Assembly: GCA_050618055.1 (NCBI GenBank)
Contig: JBNLVK010000248.1
Span: 5,788-69,787 of the forward strand
Origin: Myxococcota bacterium
Lineage (GTDB): Bacteria > Myxococcota_A > UBA9160 > SMWR01
DNA length: 64,000 bases
Direction of reading: 5' to 3'
Position 1 is the stretch's first letter. Each line of letters starts with the position of its first letter. Under the pieces are notes generated by a model that did no database searches, was not told the origin of the DNA, and saw only the letters and a program-made list of their open reading frames with translations. Both the position numbers and the translations under genes were made by a program. Shown piece after piece: positions 36,613 through 46,091 of this stretch.

Positions 36613-39600
36613 CGGTCGCACCCGCCGGTCGCTCGACCCGGTAGCGGTACCCCGCGGCGAACGGACCCGTGAGCACGCTGGTCTCACCGGTCGACCAGCG
36701 GATCTCCACGCGCGAGACGCTCTCGTGCAGGCCCAGGCCGAAGTGGGCGATCGGCGCGTCGAAGGAGACGTAGCCGCCGCCGGCCTTGATCTCGCGCATC
36801 TGCCGGCGCTCGCCCCCGGCGCCGTAGTGCACGTCGATGCGGCTGCCCACGCCGAAGCGGTTGCCGCGGTGGTCGACCAGCTCGAAGGCGAGGGCGTGGC
36901 CGTCGCCGCCCCGGTTCTCGTGCAGCCAGAGCGGCCCATCGGTGTTCGACGTCACCAGGTCGAGATCGCCGTCGTTCTCCAGGTCGAAGGCCACCCAGCC
37001 CAGGGCGTCCAGGTGGCTCTTCAGCCCCACCTCGCTGGTGGCGTTCTCGAAGCCGCGGCCCGCGAGGTTGCGGTAGTAGAGGTTCGACTCGCGCTTCTCC
37101 GAGCTGAAGAAGCCGTTCACCAGGTAGAGGTCCTGCCACTCGTCGTTGTCGAAGTCGGCGAACCTGGCGTTCCAGGTCCAGCCGCCCACGTGGATGCCTA
37201 GGTCGCGCGCCCGGTCGGCGAAGGTGCCGTCGGGCTGGCGCACCAGCAGGAAGTTGCGGCCCCGGTCCTGGCGGATCGCCTGGCGCCGCGGCATGCCGTC
37301 GTCCGAGGGCTTGCGGAAGTGCTGCTGGCAGACGAAGGACAGCGGCTCCCAGTGCCCGGGAATGCGCCGGCACTCCTCGATGTCGTTCCGGCGCAGCGCG
37401 TAGAGCATCATCGTGTAGGCCACGCAGTCGCCGCGGTCGACCGGGTTCGCGATGGAGAGACACACGCTGGCGTCGCCCTGGCGGCGCGCGTCGCGCAGGG
37501 TGGCGTGGGCGCGCATGTTGGACTCGCAGCGCTCCTTCCAGTCGGCGTCGCTGTGGTCGTCGCAGACCTGGTCGGTCTCCACCTGGTAGCCCTCGAGCGT
37601 CTCGTTGGGGCGCCGTCCGGTGATCTGCCCGATGTAGAGCTCGGGCACGCCGTCGTTGTCGATGTCGGCGGTGTCGAAGCTCATGGTGGAGTCGCCGGAG
37701 CGGGGGATCACGCCGTCGTTGCGCAGCGACGGCTCGAGCCGGCGCCCGCCGGCGCCGAAGTAGAAGTCGTCCGCCACCTCCTTGAAGCCGTTGCCGACCA
37801 TCAGGTCGAGGAGCCCGTCGCCGTCCAGGTCGGAGAGCAGGGTGGTGAGCGTCTCACCCGGCGTGCCCGGCAGCGGCACCGCCGTGTAGCCCCCGGCGTC
37901 GGCGTAGAGCACCTGGTTGCGCGACGCCTCCGGCGGCTCGGCGGTCCAGCGACCCGAGGTCCAGTTGCCGAGCACCACGTCCAGGCGGCCGTCCCGGTCG
38001 ATGTCGCCAAAGGCCATGGCATCCGCCAGGTTGGCGTCGGTTTCGTGAAGCGGCTCGAGCTTCTCGGCCGAGAAGCGGCCGCCCTGGTTCCAGAGCACGT
38101 GGTTGCCGCTCCGGTAGGCCGAGAACACGACGTCGAGCCAGCCGTCGTCGTCCAGGTCCACCAGCGCCGCGTTCCCCACGAACAGCTCTTCCAGCGCCGG
38201 CGCCGCCAGGTCCTGGCGGGCGAAGCGTCCGTCGCCCAGGTTCGCGTAGAGCTGCGGACCCCGATCCGAGCCCACCAGCACGTCGACGTAGCCGTCGCCG
38301 TGCACGTCTCCGGCGGCGATCGGCCAGTTGCTGAAGAAGGGCCGCTGGAACTTGTAGAGCGGCGGCATGCTGTCGATGCGCTCGAGGCCCACCGTGTCGC
38401 CGTAGCGGGTGTCGAAGAGCGGTCCGTCGCCCGCCCGGCGCGGGGCGAAGGCCGTGCGCGAGACGCGCAGGCCGTCGGCGTCGGCCAGCGGGGCCGGCTC
38501 GAACGCCGGCGCGTGGGCGCGCAGGGCCGGCAGCAGGTCGTCGGCCGGACGCGGCGGAGCCACCGGGCGCGGGTCGGGTCGCGGCGGTGGCGGGGCGTCG
38601 CGCAGCGCGGCGAAGACCGCGAGCTGACGCGCGCCGTCGCGGCGCTCGAGCTGCTCGGCGGCGATGCCGAGCCCCACCGAGAGCGCCAGCAGCCCCACCG
38701 AGAGCGTCGCCGCCACGCGCAGCGACGCCGCCTGCCAGACGATCAGGAAGGAGTAGACGCTGAAGATGCCCAGGCTGAACAGCAGCACCATCACGTAGGC
38801 GGTGGGCATGCCGGCGGCCAGCAGCGCGGCCGAAACCACCACGTCGAAGGCGATCGGCACCGGCAGCAGCAGACCGAAGAGCGCGACCCCGACCATCCAG
38901 CCGTAGGCGAGCCAGCTCTCGTCGCGCGGCAGCGACGCCACCAGCACGTCCCAGGGCAGGACCGTCACGGCGACGGCGCCGATCAGCCCGGCGGCCAGCA
39001 TCAGCGGCACCGTGTTCTTCACGATGAACCAGAGGTTCCCGGCGAAGTCGCGCGCCACCCAGACCAGCGCCTGGCCGAAGCCCTCGGACGTCTCGAAGAG
39101 CGGCTCGTCGAGCGCGCGCCCCTGACCGGTCGGCACGTCGGCCAGCTGCGACGGATCCACCCCGGCCAGCCGCTCCCGGCGGAACACGAACCTCGCCAGC
39201 AGCGGCAGCACGATCAGGGTGAAGGCCAGCCCACCGCCCAGCTTCAGCAGCACGAGCTGGGTGGGGAACATGGCGAACATCATGCCCACCACCACGAAGT
39301 TGAGCGTCGGCGAGCTGATCATGGCGGCCAGCGACGTCTCGAGGCGCAGCCCCGAGGCGTGCATGCCGCGGGCGATGGGCGCGGCGCAGTTCACGCACAC
39401 GCCCAGCGGCGCGCCGATCAGCACGCCGAGCAGCGAGTTCGAGAACGAGCCGCGGAAGCCGCTGCGCCCGATGCGGCGGAAGAGCGTCATGAAGCCGGCG
39501 GCCAGCAGCAGGCCGAAGGTCATGCCGCGCTGGTTGGTGGAGATCCAGTTGAGCGTGGTCTGGGCGACGCGCACCAGCGGCGGATCCAGCTCGTCCACCT

Positions 39601-39766
39601 GGGCCAGGGCCTCGAAGCCCAGCGGATCCTCCAGCACCACGCCGCCGCCCATCGAGGCCTTCTCGTTCAGGTTCGGGTAGCGCGAGCCGGACCAGAAGGT
39701 GACGGCGATGCCCAGGCACAGCAGGGCGGCCAGCAGTGCGCGACGGTCGCGAAGGAGGGGGCCCAA
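36557..39766 (-). CDS. Fusion protein: N-terminal ArsP_1/DUF318-type permease + FG-GAP/VCBS repeats + ASPIC/UnbV (CRTAC1-like) domain, paralogue 1
   Basis: TTG 39766 is the only start in frame, 9 nt after the upstream stop. Permease motif GAPLGVCVNCAAPIARG and ~8 TM segments in residues 1-330. Multiple D-x-D-x-DG blades (DLDDDGWLDVV, DIDRDGRLDVVLG, DLDGDGLLDLMVG, DIDNDGVPELY, DFDNDEWQDLYL). UnbV block AGGGYVSFDAPIAHFGLGLHESVSRVEIRWSTGE. Confidence 0.85.
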   Translation of the reverse strand: MGPLLRDRRALLAALLCLGIAVTFWSGSRYPNLNEKASMGGGVVLEDPLGFEALAQVDELDPPLVRVAQTTLNWISTNQRGMTFGLLLAAGFMTLFRRIGRSGFRGSFSNSLLGVLIGAPLGVCVNCAAPIARGMHASGLRLETSLAAMISSPTLNFVVVGMMFAMFPTQLVLLKLGGGLAFTLIVLPLLARFVFRRERLAGVDPSQLADVPTGQGRALDEPLFETSEGFGQALVWVARDFAGNLWFIVKNTVPLMLAAGLIGAVAVTVLPWDVLVASLPRDESWLAYGWMVGVALFGLLLPVPIAFDVVVSAALLAAGMPTAYVMVLLFSLGIFSVYSFLIVWQAASLRVAATLSVGLLALSVGLGIAAEQLERRDGARQLAVFAALRDAPPPPRPDPRPVAPPRPADDLLPALRAHAPAFEPAPLADADGLRVSRTAFAPRRAGDGPLFDTRYGDTVGLERIDSMPPLYKFQRPFFSNWPIAAGDVHGDGYVDVLVGSDRGPQLYANLGDGRFARQDLAAPALEELFVGNAALVDLDDDGWLDVVFSAYRSGNHVLWNQGGRFSAEKLEPLHETDANLADAMAFGDIDRDGRLDVVLGNWTSGRWTAEPPEASRNQVLYADAGGYTAVPLPGTPGETLTTLLSDLDGDGLLDLMVGNGFKEVADDFYFGAGGRRLEPSLRNDGVIPRSGDSTMSFDTADIDNDGVPELYIGQITGRRPNETLEGYQVETDQVCDDHSDADWKERCESNMRAHATLRDARRQGDASVCLSIANPVDRGDCVAYTMMLYALRRNDIEECRRIPGHWEPLSFVCQQHFRKPSDDGMPRRQAIRQDRGRNFLLVRQPDGTFADRARDLGIHVGGWTWNARFADFDNDEWQDLYLVNGFFSSEKRESNLYYRNLAGRGFENATSEVGLKSHLDALGWVAFDLENDGDLDLVTSNTDGPLWLHENRGGDGHALAFELVDHRGNRFGVGSRIDVHYGAGGERRQMREIKAGGGYVSFDAPIAHFGLGLHESVSRVEIRWSTGETSVLTGPFAAGYRYRVERPAGATASARASSRSPASPPRPGT

Positions 39767-39775
39767 CGCGGTGGC

Positions 39776-40594
39776 TCAGAGCAGGCGCAGCGCCATGGCG
39801 TCGTAGCGGTCCTGGAGGGCCTGCATGCCCTCGGGCATCTCGATGCGGTGCGGCGTGTACCAGGGCGTGTAGGTGGGAAGCACCCGGGCCAGCAGCTTCG
39901 GAGCGCGCGTCCGGATCTGCTCCCAGGCGCGCCGCCGGCGTCCCGCCGCACCGCCGTGGCGCTCGAGCAGGCCGCGGTCGGCGCCCAGCATGTAGCGCTG
40001 CGCGCGCAGGCACCAGCGCAGCATGTGCCATTGGGCGAACAGGCCCACCCGCAGCCGGTAGAGGTAGTCGCCCACCACGTGCTCGTAGACGTCGAAGGCC
40101 ACGGTGCGGTGCTCGAACTCCTCCACCAGGTGCCAGGTGTAGAGCTCGCGCAGGGCCGGGTGCATCTCGTCCATGCCCCTCTCGAACGACACGCGCGCCA
40201 TGGCGGTGGTGAAGGCCTCGAAGCCTTCGGCGTAGGCCAGGTTGAAGCGGAGCGCCTTCTCGCGGCTGAAGCGCTGGTAGTCGTCGTCCAGGTCCTTCTC
40301 GATGGCCAGCAGCTCCGGGAAGCCCTGCGCCCTCACGATCTCGTTGAAGCGCGCGTGCTGCTTGTAGTGCTGTCCCTCCTGGGCGTTGAACTTCCCCAGG
40401 TCCTCCAGCAGCGCCTCGTCGGTGACGTGGCGGCGCGCCTCCTTCATGGTGCGAATGAGGTAGGGCTCGAGGTACGGCAGCAGCAGCGAGAAGGCGAGGA
40501 AGAAGAACGACTCCTCCGGCTTCCCGGGTACGACCACCGGGTCCATGTCGTCGGGGAACGCGAGGCTCATCTGACGAACGGTGATCGTGTCCAT
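39776..40594 (-). CDS. PF10118-like 'predicted metal-dependent hydrolase' (helical, E..H motifs)
   Basis: ATG 40594 with GGAGA upstream. Blocks FFFLAFSLLLPYLEPYLIRTM, FNAQEGQHYKQHARFN and HLVEEFEHRTVAFDVY match my recollection of that family. Confidence 0.75.
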   Translation of the reverse strand: MDTITVRQMSLAFPDDMDPVVVPGKPEESFFFLAFSLLLPYLEPYLIRTMKEARRHVTDEALLEDLGKFNAQEGQHYKQHARFNEIVRAQGFPELLAIEKDLDDDYQRFSREKALRFNLAYAEGFEAFTTAMARVSFERGMDEMHPALRELYTWHLVEEFEHRTVAFDVYEHVVGDYLYRLRVGLFAQWHMLRWCLRAQRYMLGADRGLLERHGGAAGRRRRAWEQIRTRAPKLLARVLPTYTPWYTPHRIEMPEGMQALQDRYDAMALRLL

Positions 40595-40632
40595 GCGGCG
40601 TCTCCGAGTGTCCCCTGCGGGCTCCGGCCCCG

Positions 40633-43600
40633 TCAATCCCGGCGGATGCGGTAGCGGTGGCCGGCCTCGAAGGGGCCGCGCAGGCGCGTCGCCTCGCCGG
40701 TCGGCCAGCGGACCTCCACCTCGTCCACCCGCGCGTGCGGTCCCAGCCCGAAGTGGACCCGCGGCGCGTCGCTGGAGACGTAGCCGCCGCCGGTCTTCAG
40801 CTCGCGGAGCTGGGAGAGGCCGTCGCCGTAGGCGATGCGCACCCGGCTGCCCACGCCGAAGTGGTTGCCGCGGGCGTCGGCCAGCTCGAAGACGACGGCG
40901 TGTCCGTCGCGGGTCTGGTTGCGGTAGACCCACAGCGGACCGTCGAAGGTGGCGGTCACGATGTCGAGGTCGCCGTCCAGGTCGAAGTCGACGTAGACGT
41001 AGGCGCCGGCCGTGAGGTAGCTCTCCAGGCCCGACGTCGCGGTCTCGTCGTCGAAGCCCTGACCCTGGCGGTTGCGGTAGAAGTAGTTCGACTCGCGCCG
41101 CTTCGACGCGTAGAAGCCGTTGGCGATGTAGAGGTCCTGCCACTGGTCGTTGTCGACGTCGGCGAAGCGGGCGGTCCAGCTCCAGCCGCCGCGCACCACG
41201 CCCAGCGCCTTGGCGCGATCCTCGTAGCGTCCGTCCGCGCCGCGCACCAGCAGCACGTTGCGGTTGCGCAGCTGGCGGATGCCGCGCTTCTCCTCCTTCT
41301 TCGAGCCGGCCTGGGGCTCGAAGCCCAGCCGGCACAGGTGGGCCAGGCCGCTCCAGCGGGGCGGGAAGGCGTCGCAACGCGACGCGTCCCGGTCGTCGGT
41401 CAGCGTGAAGCGCAGCATGGCGAAGGCGATGCAGTCGGAGCGCCGGGTGCCGTCGGCGATGGACAGGCAGCTGATGGCGCCCGCGCGCCGGCGCGCCGCG
41501 CGCAGCGTGTCGTGCAGGGCCATGCGCTCCTCGCAGCGTTCGCGCCAGGCCGGGTCGTCGTGCTCCCGGCAGACGTCCTCCACACCGCGGGCGAGGTCCT
41601 GCGACGAGCCCCGCGGACTGCGCGCCACCTGGGCGATGTAGACCTCGAGGTCGCCGTCGTTGTCGACGTCGGCCGAGTCGATGCTCATGGTGTTGGCCGT
41701 GGAGGCGGGGATCACGTCGTCCTTGCGCGTCAGCTTGCGCAGCTTCCCCTCCGGACCGCCCCAGTAGAAGTAGTCGGGCGTGGCGAAGTCGTTGCCGATC
41801 AGCACCTCCGGGTGTCCGTCGGCGTCCAGGTCCGAGACCAGGCTCGACAGGGTCTGGCCCGGATCGCCGGGCAGCGGCTCGACCGCGAAGTCGTCGCCGC
41901 GGCTGCGCAGCAGGAAGTTCCGCGAGCGCTCCGGCGGGCGCATCGACCAGGAGCCGCCGGTGTAGCCGCCGAGCACCACGTCGAGGCGGCCGTCCGCGTC
42001 CAGGTCGCCGAAGGCCACGCCGTTGGCGATGGTGGCCGGCACCTCGGGAAGCTCTCGCACCGCGTCCTGCGGGAAGCGTCCGCCGCGGTTGTGCAGCACG
42101 TGGTTGCCCTCGCCGATGGTCGATACGAACACGTCGAGCCAGCCGTCGTCGTCCAGGTCGACCAGCGCCAGGTTGGCCGCGTGGGAGCGCCCGGCGGTGG
42201 GCTGCGCGATCTCCTGGAGCACGAAGCGCTCGCCGCCCAGGTTCGCGTAGAGGAAGACGCCCTGGTCCGAGCCCACCACCAGGTCGGGCCAGCCGTCGCC
42301 GTGGACGTCGCCGGCGGCGACGGGCCAGGCCCGGTACCAGGGGCTCGTGAACTTGTAGGCCAGCGGCACGTGGTCCGGCCGGACCAGGCCGAAGGCCTCG
42401 CCGTAGTGGCGGGCGAACGTGGGCTCGCCGGCGCCGACCGGCGGGGCGAAGGCGCTGCGCTCGACGGCAACGCCCGGCGGCGCGGTGACGGCGAAGGGCT
42501 CCCAGCGGCGGGCGGCGTCGCCCAGCGCCGGCAACAGCGCGTCCGCCGACTGCGCGTCGGGCAGCGTCGGTGCGGGCAGCGTCTCGGCGTCGGCCAGCCC
42601 GGCGAACAGGGCCAGCTGCCGCGATCCGTCCCAGGCCTCGTAGCGCTGCGCGGCCACGCCCAGGCCCACCGACAGCACCAGCAGGCAGAACGACAGCGTG
42701 GCGGCGACGCGCAGCGAGACCGCCTCCCACACGACGAGGAACGAGTAGATGCTGAAGATGCCCAGGCTGAACAGCAGCACCATCACGTAGTGGCCCGGCA
42801 TGCCGGCCCCGAACAGGGCCGCCGCCAGCACCACGTCGAAGGCGATGGGTACGGGCAGCAGCAGGCCGAAGGCGGCGATGGCGACCATCCAGCCCACGGC
42901 GTTCCAGGAGTCGTCGTGGGGAAGGGCGGCCAGCAGCGTGTCCCAGGGAAGCAGGGTCACGGCCAGGGCGCCCAGGGCGCCGGCCAGCAGCATCAGCGGC
43001 ACCGTGTACTTCACGATGAACCACAGGTTCTTCGCGAACTCGCGCACCAGCCAGAGCGCGGCCTCGCCGAAGCCCTGCGATCGCTCGAAGAGCGCCTCGT
43101 TTGCCGCCGGCCCCAGACCCTCGCCGGCGGCGGCCAGCCGGCTCGCCTCGACGCCGGCCCGCACCTCGCGCCGGAACACCAGGCGCGACAGCAGCGGAAT
43201 GCCCGCCACCACGAACACCAGGCCGGTCACCACCTTGAAGGCGGCCATGTAGGCCGGCAGCATCGAGAAGAGCATCGCCAGCACCACGAAGTTCAGCGTC
43301 GGCGAGCTGATCATGGCCGCCAGCGACGTCTCCAGGCGCGTGCCGGCGGCGTGCAGTCCGCGGGCGATGGGCGCCGCGCAGTTCACGCACACGCCGAGTG
43401 GGGCTCCGATCACCACGCCCAGCAGGGTGTTCGAGAAGGCGCCCTCGAAGCTGCGCCGCCCGAGCCTTCGCAGCAGCGTCATGAAGGCGGCCGCGAGCGC
43501 GATGCCGAAGATCATGCCCCGCTGGTTCGTCGACACCCAGTTGATCGTGGTGTCGAACAGGCGGACGCCGAAGCGGTCGGCCGGGTCGACGGGCCGCGCC

Positions 43601-43767
43601 GCCTCGAAGCCCAACGGATCTTCCAGGATCGTGCCGCCGCCCATGGCGGCCTTCTCGCCCAGGTCCGGGTAGCGCGAGCCCGACCAGAACGCGACGGTGA
43701 TCAGCAGGCACAGCAGCGCGGCCAGCAGGGCGCGCTCGTCGCGCGCGATGTCACCCAGGGCTCCCAT
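40633..43767 (-). CDS. Fusion protein: ArsP_1/DUF318-type permease + FG-GAP/VCBS repeats + ASPIC/UnbV domain, paralogue 2
   Basis: ATG 43767. Colinear with 36557..39766 over the whole length, with the same motifs GAPLGVCVNCAAPIARG, SLAAMISSPTLNFVV, DLDDDGWLDVF, DLDADGRLDVVLG, DVDNDGDLEVY. Ends in TGGGYVSSDAPRVHFGLGPHARVDEVEVRWPTGE. Confidence 0.85.
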   Translation of the reverse strand: MGALGDIARDERALLAALLCLLITVAFWSGSRYPDLGEKAAMGGGTILEDPLGFEAARPVDPADRFGVRLFDTTINWVSTNQRGMIFGIALAAAFMTLLRRLGRRSFEGAFSNTLLGVVIGAPLGVCVNCAAPIARGLHAAGTRLETSLAAMISSPTLNFVVLAMLFSMLPAYMAAFKVVTGLVFVVAGIPLLSRLVFRREVRAGVEASRLAAAGEGLGPAANEALFERSQGFGEAALWLVREFAKNLWFIVKYTVPLMLLAGALGALAVTLLPWDTLLAALPHDDSWNAVGWMVAIAAFGLLLPVPIAFDVVLAAALFGAGMPGHYVMVLLFSLGIFSIYSFLVVWEAVSLRVAATLSFCLLVLSVGLGVAAQRYEAWDGSRQLALFAGLADAETLPAPTLPDAQSADALLPALGDAARRWEPFAVTAPPGVAVERSAFAPPVGAGEPTFARHYGEAFGLVRPDHVPLAYKFTSPWYRAWPVAAGDVHGDGWPDLVVGSDQGVFLYANLGGERFVLQEIAQPTAGRSHAANLALVDLDDDGWLDVFVSTIGEGNHVLHNRGGRFPQDAVRELPEVPATIANGVAFGDLDADGRLDVVLGGYTGGSWSMRPPERSRNFLLRSRGDDFAVEPLPGDPGQTLSSLVSDLDADGHPEVLIGNDFATPDYFYWGGPEGKLRKLTRKDDVIPASTANTMSIDSADVDNDGDLEVYIAQVARSPRGSSQDLARGVEDVCREHDDPAWRERCEERMALHDTLRAARRRAGAISCLSIADGTRRSDCIAFAMLRFTLTDDRDASRCDAFPPRWSGLAHLCRLGFEPQAGSKKEEKRGIRQLRNRNVLLVRGADGRYEDRAKALGVVRGGWSWTARFADVDNDQWQDLYIANGFYASKRRESNYFYRNRQGQGFDDETATSGLESYLTAGAYVYVDFDLDGDLDIVTATFDGPLWVYRNQTRDGHAVVFELADARGNHFGVGSRVRIAYGDGLSQLRELKTGGGYVSSDAPRVHFGLGPHARVDEVEVRWPTGEATRLRGPFEAGHRYRIRRD

Positions 43768-43821
43768 CGGGCCGTACCCTGACCGCCCGGGAGCCCGGCT
43801 GCAAGCCTCGCGACCGGGGGG

Positions 43822-45990
43822 TCAGGACCCGGGGGACCAGGGGAGGGCGGCCGGGGCCTCCGCGTCGGGCAGCTCCTGCCAGTCGATGCCGTCGCCGGCC
43901 GGGACGGGCGCCTCGGGCTCGGGCAGGTCGCAGCGGGCGTACGGGATCTCGCTGTTGCGGCGGGCGTGGAAGACCTTGGCCCCCACGCGCTTCAGCATCA
44001 GCGTGAGGCCCTGCTCCTGGTCCAGCGAGATCGGCACCTCGTAGGCCGGCGTGCTGTCGATGCGCAGCTGGTAGTCGCCGCCCGGCAGGCGCAGGGGCTC
44101 GGGGCTGCCCAGGGTGCCGGTGGCCAGGGTGCGACCTTCCTGGAGCACGGCGAAGGGCGTGCCCACCGTGGTGGCCAGCGCGTCGCGCAGCTCCTCGGCG
44201 CTGCCGGCGGTGACGAAGCGTCCGCCCGTGGCGGCGGCGATGGCCCGCAGGCTGGCGAGATCCACGTCGCCCTCGCCGTCGAGCCCGAAGCCGATCACGT
44301 GCACCGGGATCGTGCCCGTGCGCTGGAGCTCGCGGGCGGCGGCGATCGGGTCGCCGTCGCAGCTCTCGATGCCGTCGGTCACCAGCACCACGGCGCGCTC
44401 GCCGCGGAAGCTGCCCAGGTCGGCCTGGATCTGGCGCAGGGCGTAGGCGATGGGCGTCTGGCCGCGGGGCTTGAGCCCGGCCATGGCCTGGCGGACCGCG
44501 TCGCCGCCGGCGCGGGTCGGCGGGACCAGCAGCTGCGAGTCGTGGCAGTCGCGCCTGGCGTGGGGCCGCTGGTGGCCGTAGGCGCGCAGGGCCAGCGACA
44601 CGTCGTCGGGCAGGGCGACCAGCGCCTCGGACAGGGTGCGCTGGGCGACCGTGATCTTGGGCTCGCCCTGCATGCGTCCCCACATGCTGTTCGAGGCGTC
44701 GAACACGATCTCGATGGCGCGGTCCGACAGCGAGATGGCGGGCTCCTCGCCGCGCATGGCCTCGATCTGGAGCTCGGCGCAGCCGGGCGCGCGCGCTGCC
44801 ACCACCACCTGGTCGCGGGCCGTGCGGCCGTCGACGCTGGTGGCGATCGCGGTCAGCCGGTGCTCGCCGTCGCCGAGCGGCACGTGGCCCTCGAAGCGGC
44901 CCCCCGAAAGGACCGTCGGCAGCAGCTCGCCGTCGTCCACCTGGAGCCAGACCTCGCGGACGCCGGCGTCCGCCGGCTCGGCACCGATCTCCTCGAGCGC
45001 CACGTCCCAGGTGCTGGCGCTGCCCTGCACGAGCAGCGGAGCCTCGTCGGCCGGATGCTCGCTGCCGTCGGCCGGCGTCGCGATCGAGACGCGCAGCGGA
45101 CCGGACAGCACCACGTCCACGTGGGTGCGGGCGATCTCCCCGTCCAGGCTCGTGGCGGTGGCCTCGATGCGGTTTCGTCCGGGCCGCAGCGTCACCGGCG
45201 CGGTGAACGATCCCCCCACCAGGTGCGCCGTCACCGGCGGCTGGTCGCCCACGCGCACGCTCACCCGGTCGACGCCGGTGGTGCGCAGGGTCAGGAAGGC
45301 GTCGGCCAGGCGGGTCGGGTCGGTCACGGCCGCGAAGCTGGCGTCGGTGCCGTCTGCGATCTGGCGCAGCAGGGCCTCGCCCTCGTCGACGTCGCCCAGC
45401 AGCAGGGTGTGGACGGCGACGCCGGCCGCGCGGGCCTCGCGCGCGGCCTCGAGGGCCTTCTTCTCGTCCGACTTCCCGTCGGTGAAGAGCAGCGCCACCT
45501 TGGACGCGCCGGGGCGCCCGCGCTCGGCGAAGCCGGACAGGGCGGCGCGGATGCCGGCGGCCAGGTCGGTCTCGCCCTTCTGGTCCAGGGTCTCGAGCGC
45601 GGCGACCACCGCCGAGCGGTCCGGCGTGAGCGGCTGGAGGAGCGTCGCCTTGCGGTCGAAGTCGACCACGCCCACGTGGATGTTGGCCTTGGGGTGGAGG
45701 CTGCGCACCAGGTTCACGACGCCGCGGGTGCGGTGGTCGTCGCGATCGGTGCGGCGCAGGCTCTCGGAGCTGTCGAGCACCAGGAACAGGTCGAGGGCCG
45801 ACACGCCCCCGTAGATCGAGGCGCCGCCGACGACCTCCAGCCGGGCCTGGTCGGGGCCGACCACCCGGCCGGCGGTCGGCTCGTGGATCTCGACCGAGAG
45901 GCGTCCCTCGGCGCGGGCGCCGCCCGAGAGCGGCAGGAGTCCGACGAGCGCGAGCAGCCCGGCGGCGAGCAGGCGGAAACCGGTGTGCAT
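43822..45990 (-). CDS. Secreted protein with two von Willebrand factor A domains separated by Ig-like region
   Basis: Signal peptide MHTGFRLLAAGLLALVGLLPLSGGARA. Two MIDAS motifs (LVLDSSESL and IVFDASNSM), each followed by VWA-like beta-alpha pattern (LFTDGKSD, LVTDGIESCDG). Confidence 0.85.
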   Translation of the reverse strand: MHTGFRLLAAGLLALVGLLPLSGGARAEGRLSVEIHEPTAGRVVGPDQARLEVVGGASIYGGVSALDLFLVLDSSESLRRTDRDDHRTRGVVNLVRSLHPKANIHVGVVDFDRKATLLQPLTPDRSAVVAALETLDQKGETDLAAGIRAALSGFAERGRPGASKVALLFTDGKSDEKKALEAAREARAAGVAVHTLLLGDVDEGEALLRQIADGTDASFAAVTDPTRLADAFLTLRTTGVDRVSVRVGDQPPVTAHLVGGSFTAPVTLRPGRNRIEATATSLDGEIARTHVDVVLSGPLRVSIATPADGSEHPADEAPLLVQGSASTWDVALEEIGAEPADAGVREVWLQVDDGELLPTVLSGGRFEGHVPLGDGEHRLTAIATSVDGRTARDQVVVAARAPGCAELQIEAMRGEEPAISLSDRAIEIVFDASNSMWGRMQGEPKITVAQRTLSEALVALPDDVSLALRAYGHQRPHARRDCHDSQLLVPPTRAGGDAVRQAMAGLKPRGQTPIAYALRQIQADLGSFRGERAVVLVTDGIESCDGDPIAAARELQRTGTIPVHVIGFGLDGEGDVDLASLRAIAAATGGRFVTAGSAEELRDALATTVGTPFAVLQEGRTLATGTLGSPEPLRLPGGDYQLRIDSTPAYEVPISLDQEQGLTLMLKRVGAKVFHARRNSEIPYARCDLPEPEAPVPAGDGIDWQELPDAEAPAALPWSPGS

Positions 45991-46091
45991 CGAGGTCTTA
46001 TCGAAGGTCCGGGGAGCGGGCTTGACCTAAAGAAGCGCCGGAGGTCGGCCGTAGCTCCGAGGACGGACCGCTGCCGGTCCGTGGGAAGACG

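Noticed and set aside
37319-43782. Two plus-strand ORFs longer than 1000 aa (37319..40654 and 40657..43782) antisense to the permease-propeller paralogues.
   Set aside because: They mirror the duplicated minus-strand genes and are rich in A/G/R/V/H/Q runs. The minus-strand frames carry permease, FG-GAP and UnbV motifs, so the plus-strand ORFs are artefacts.
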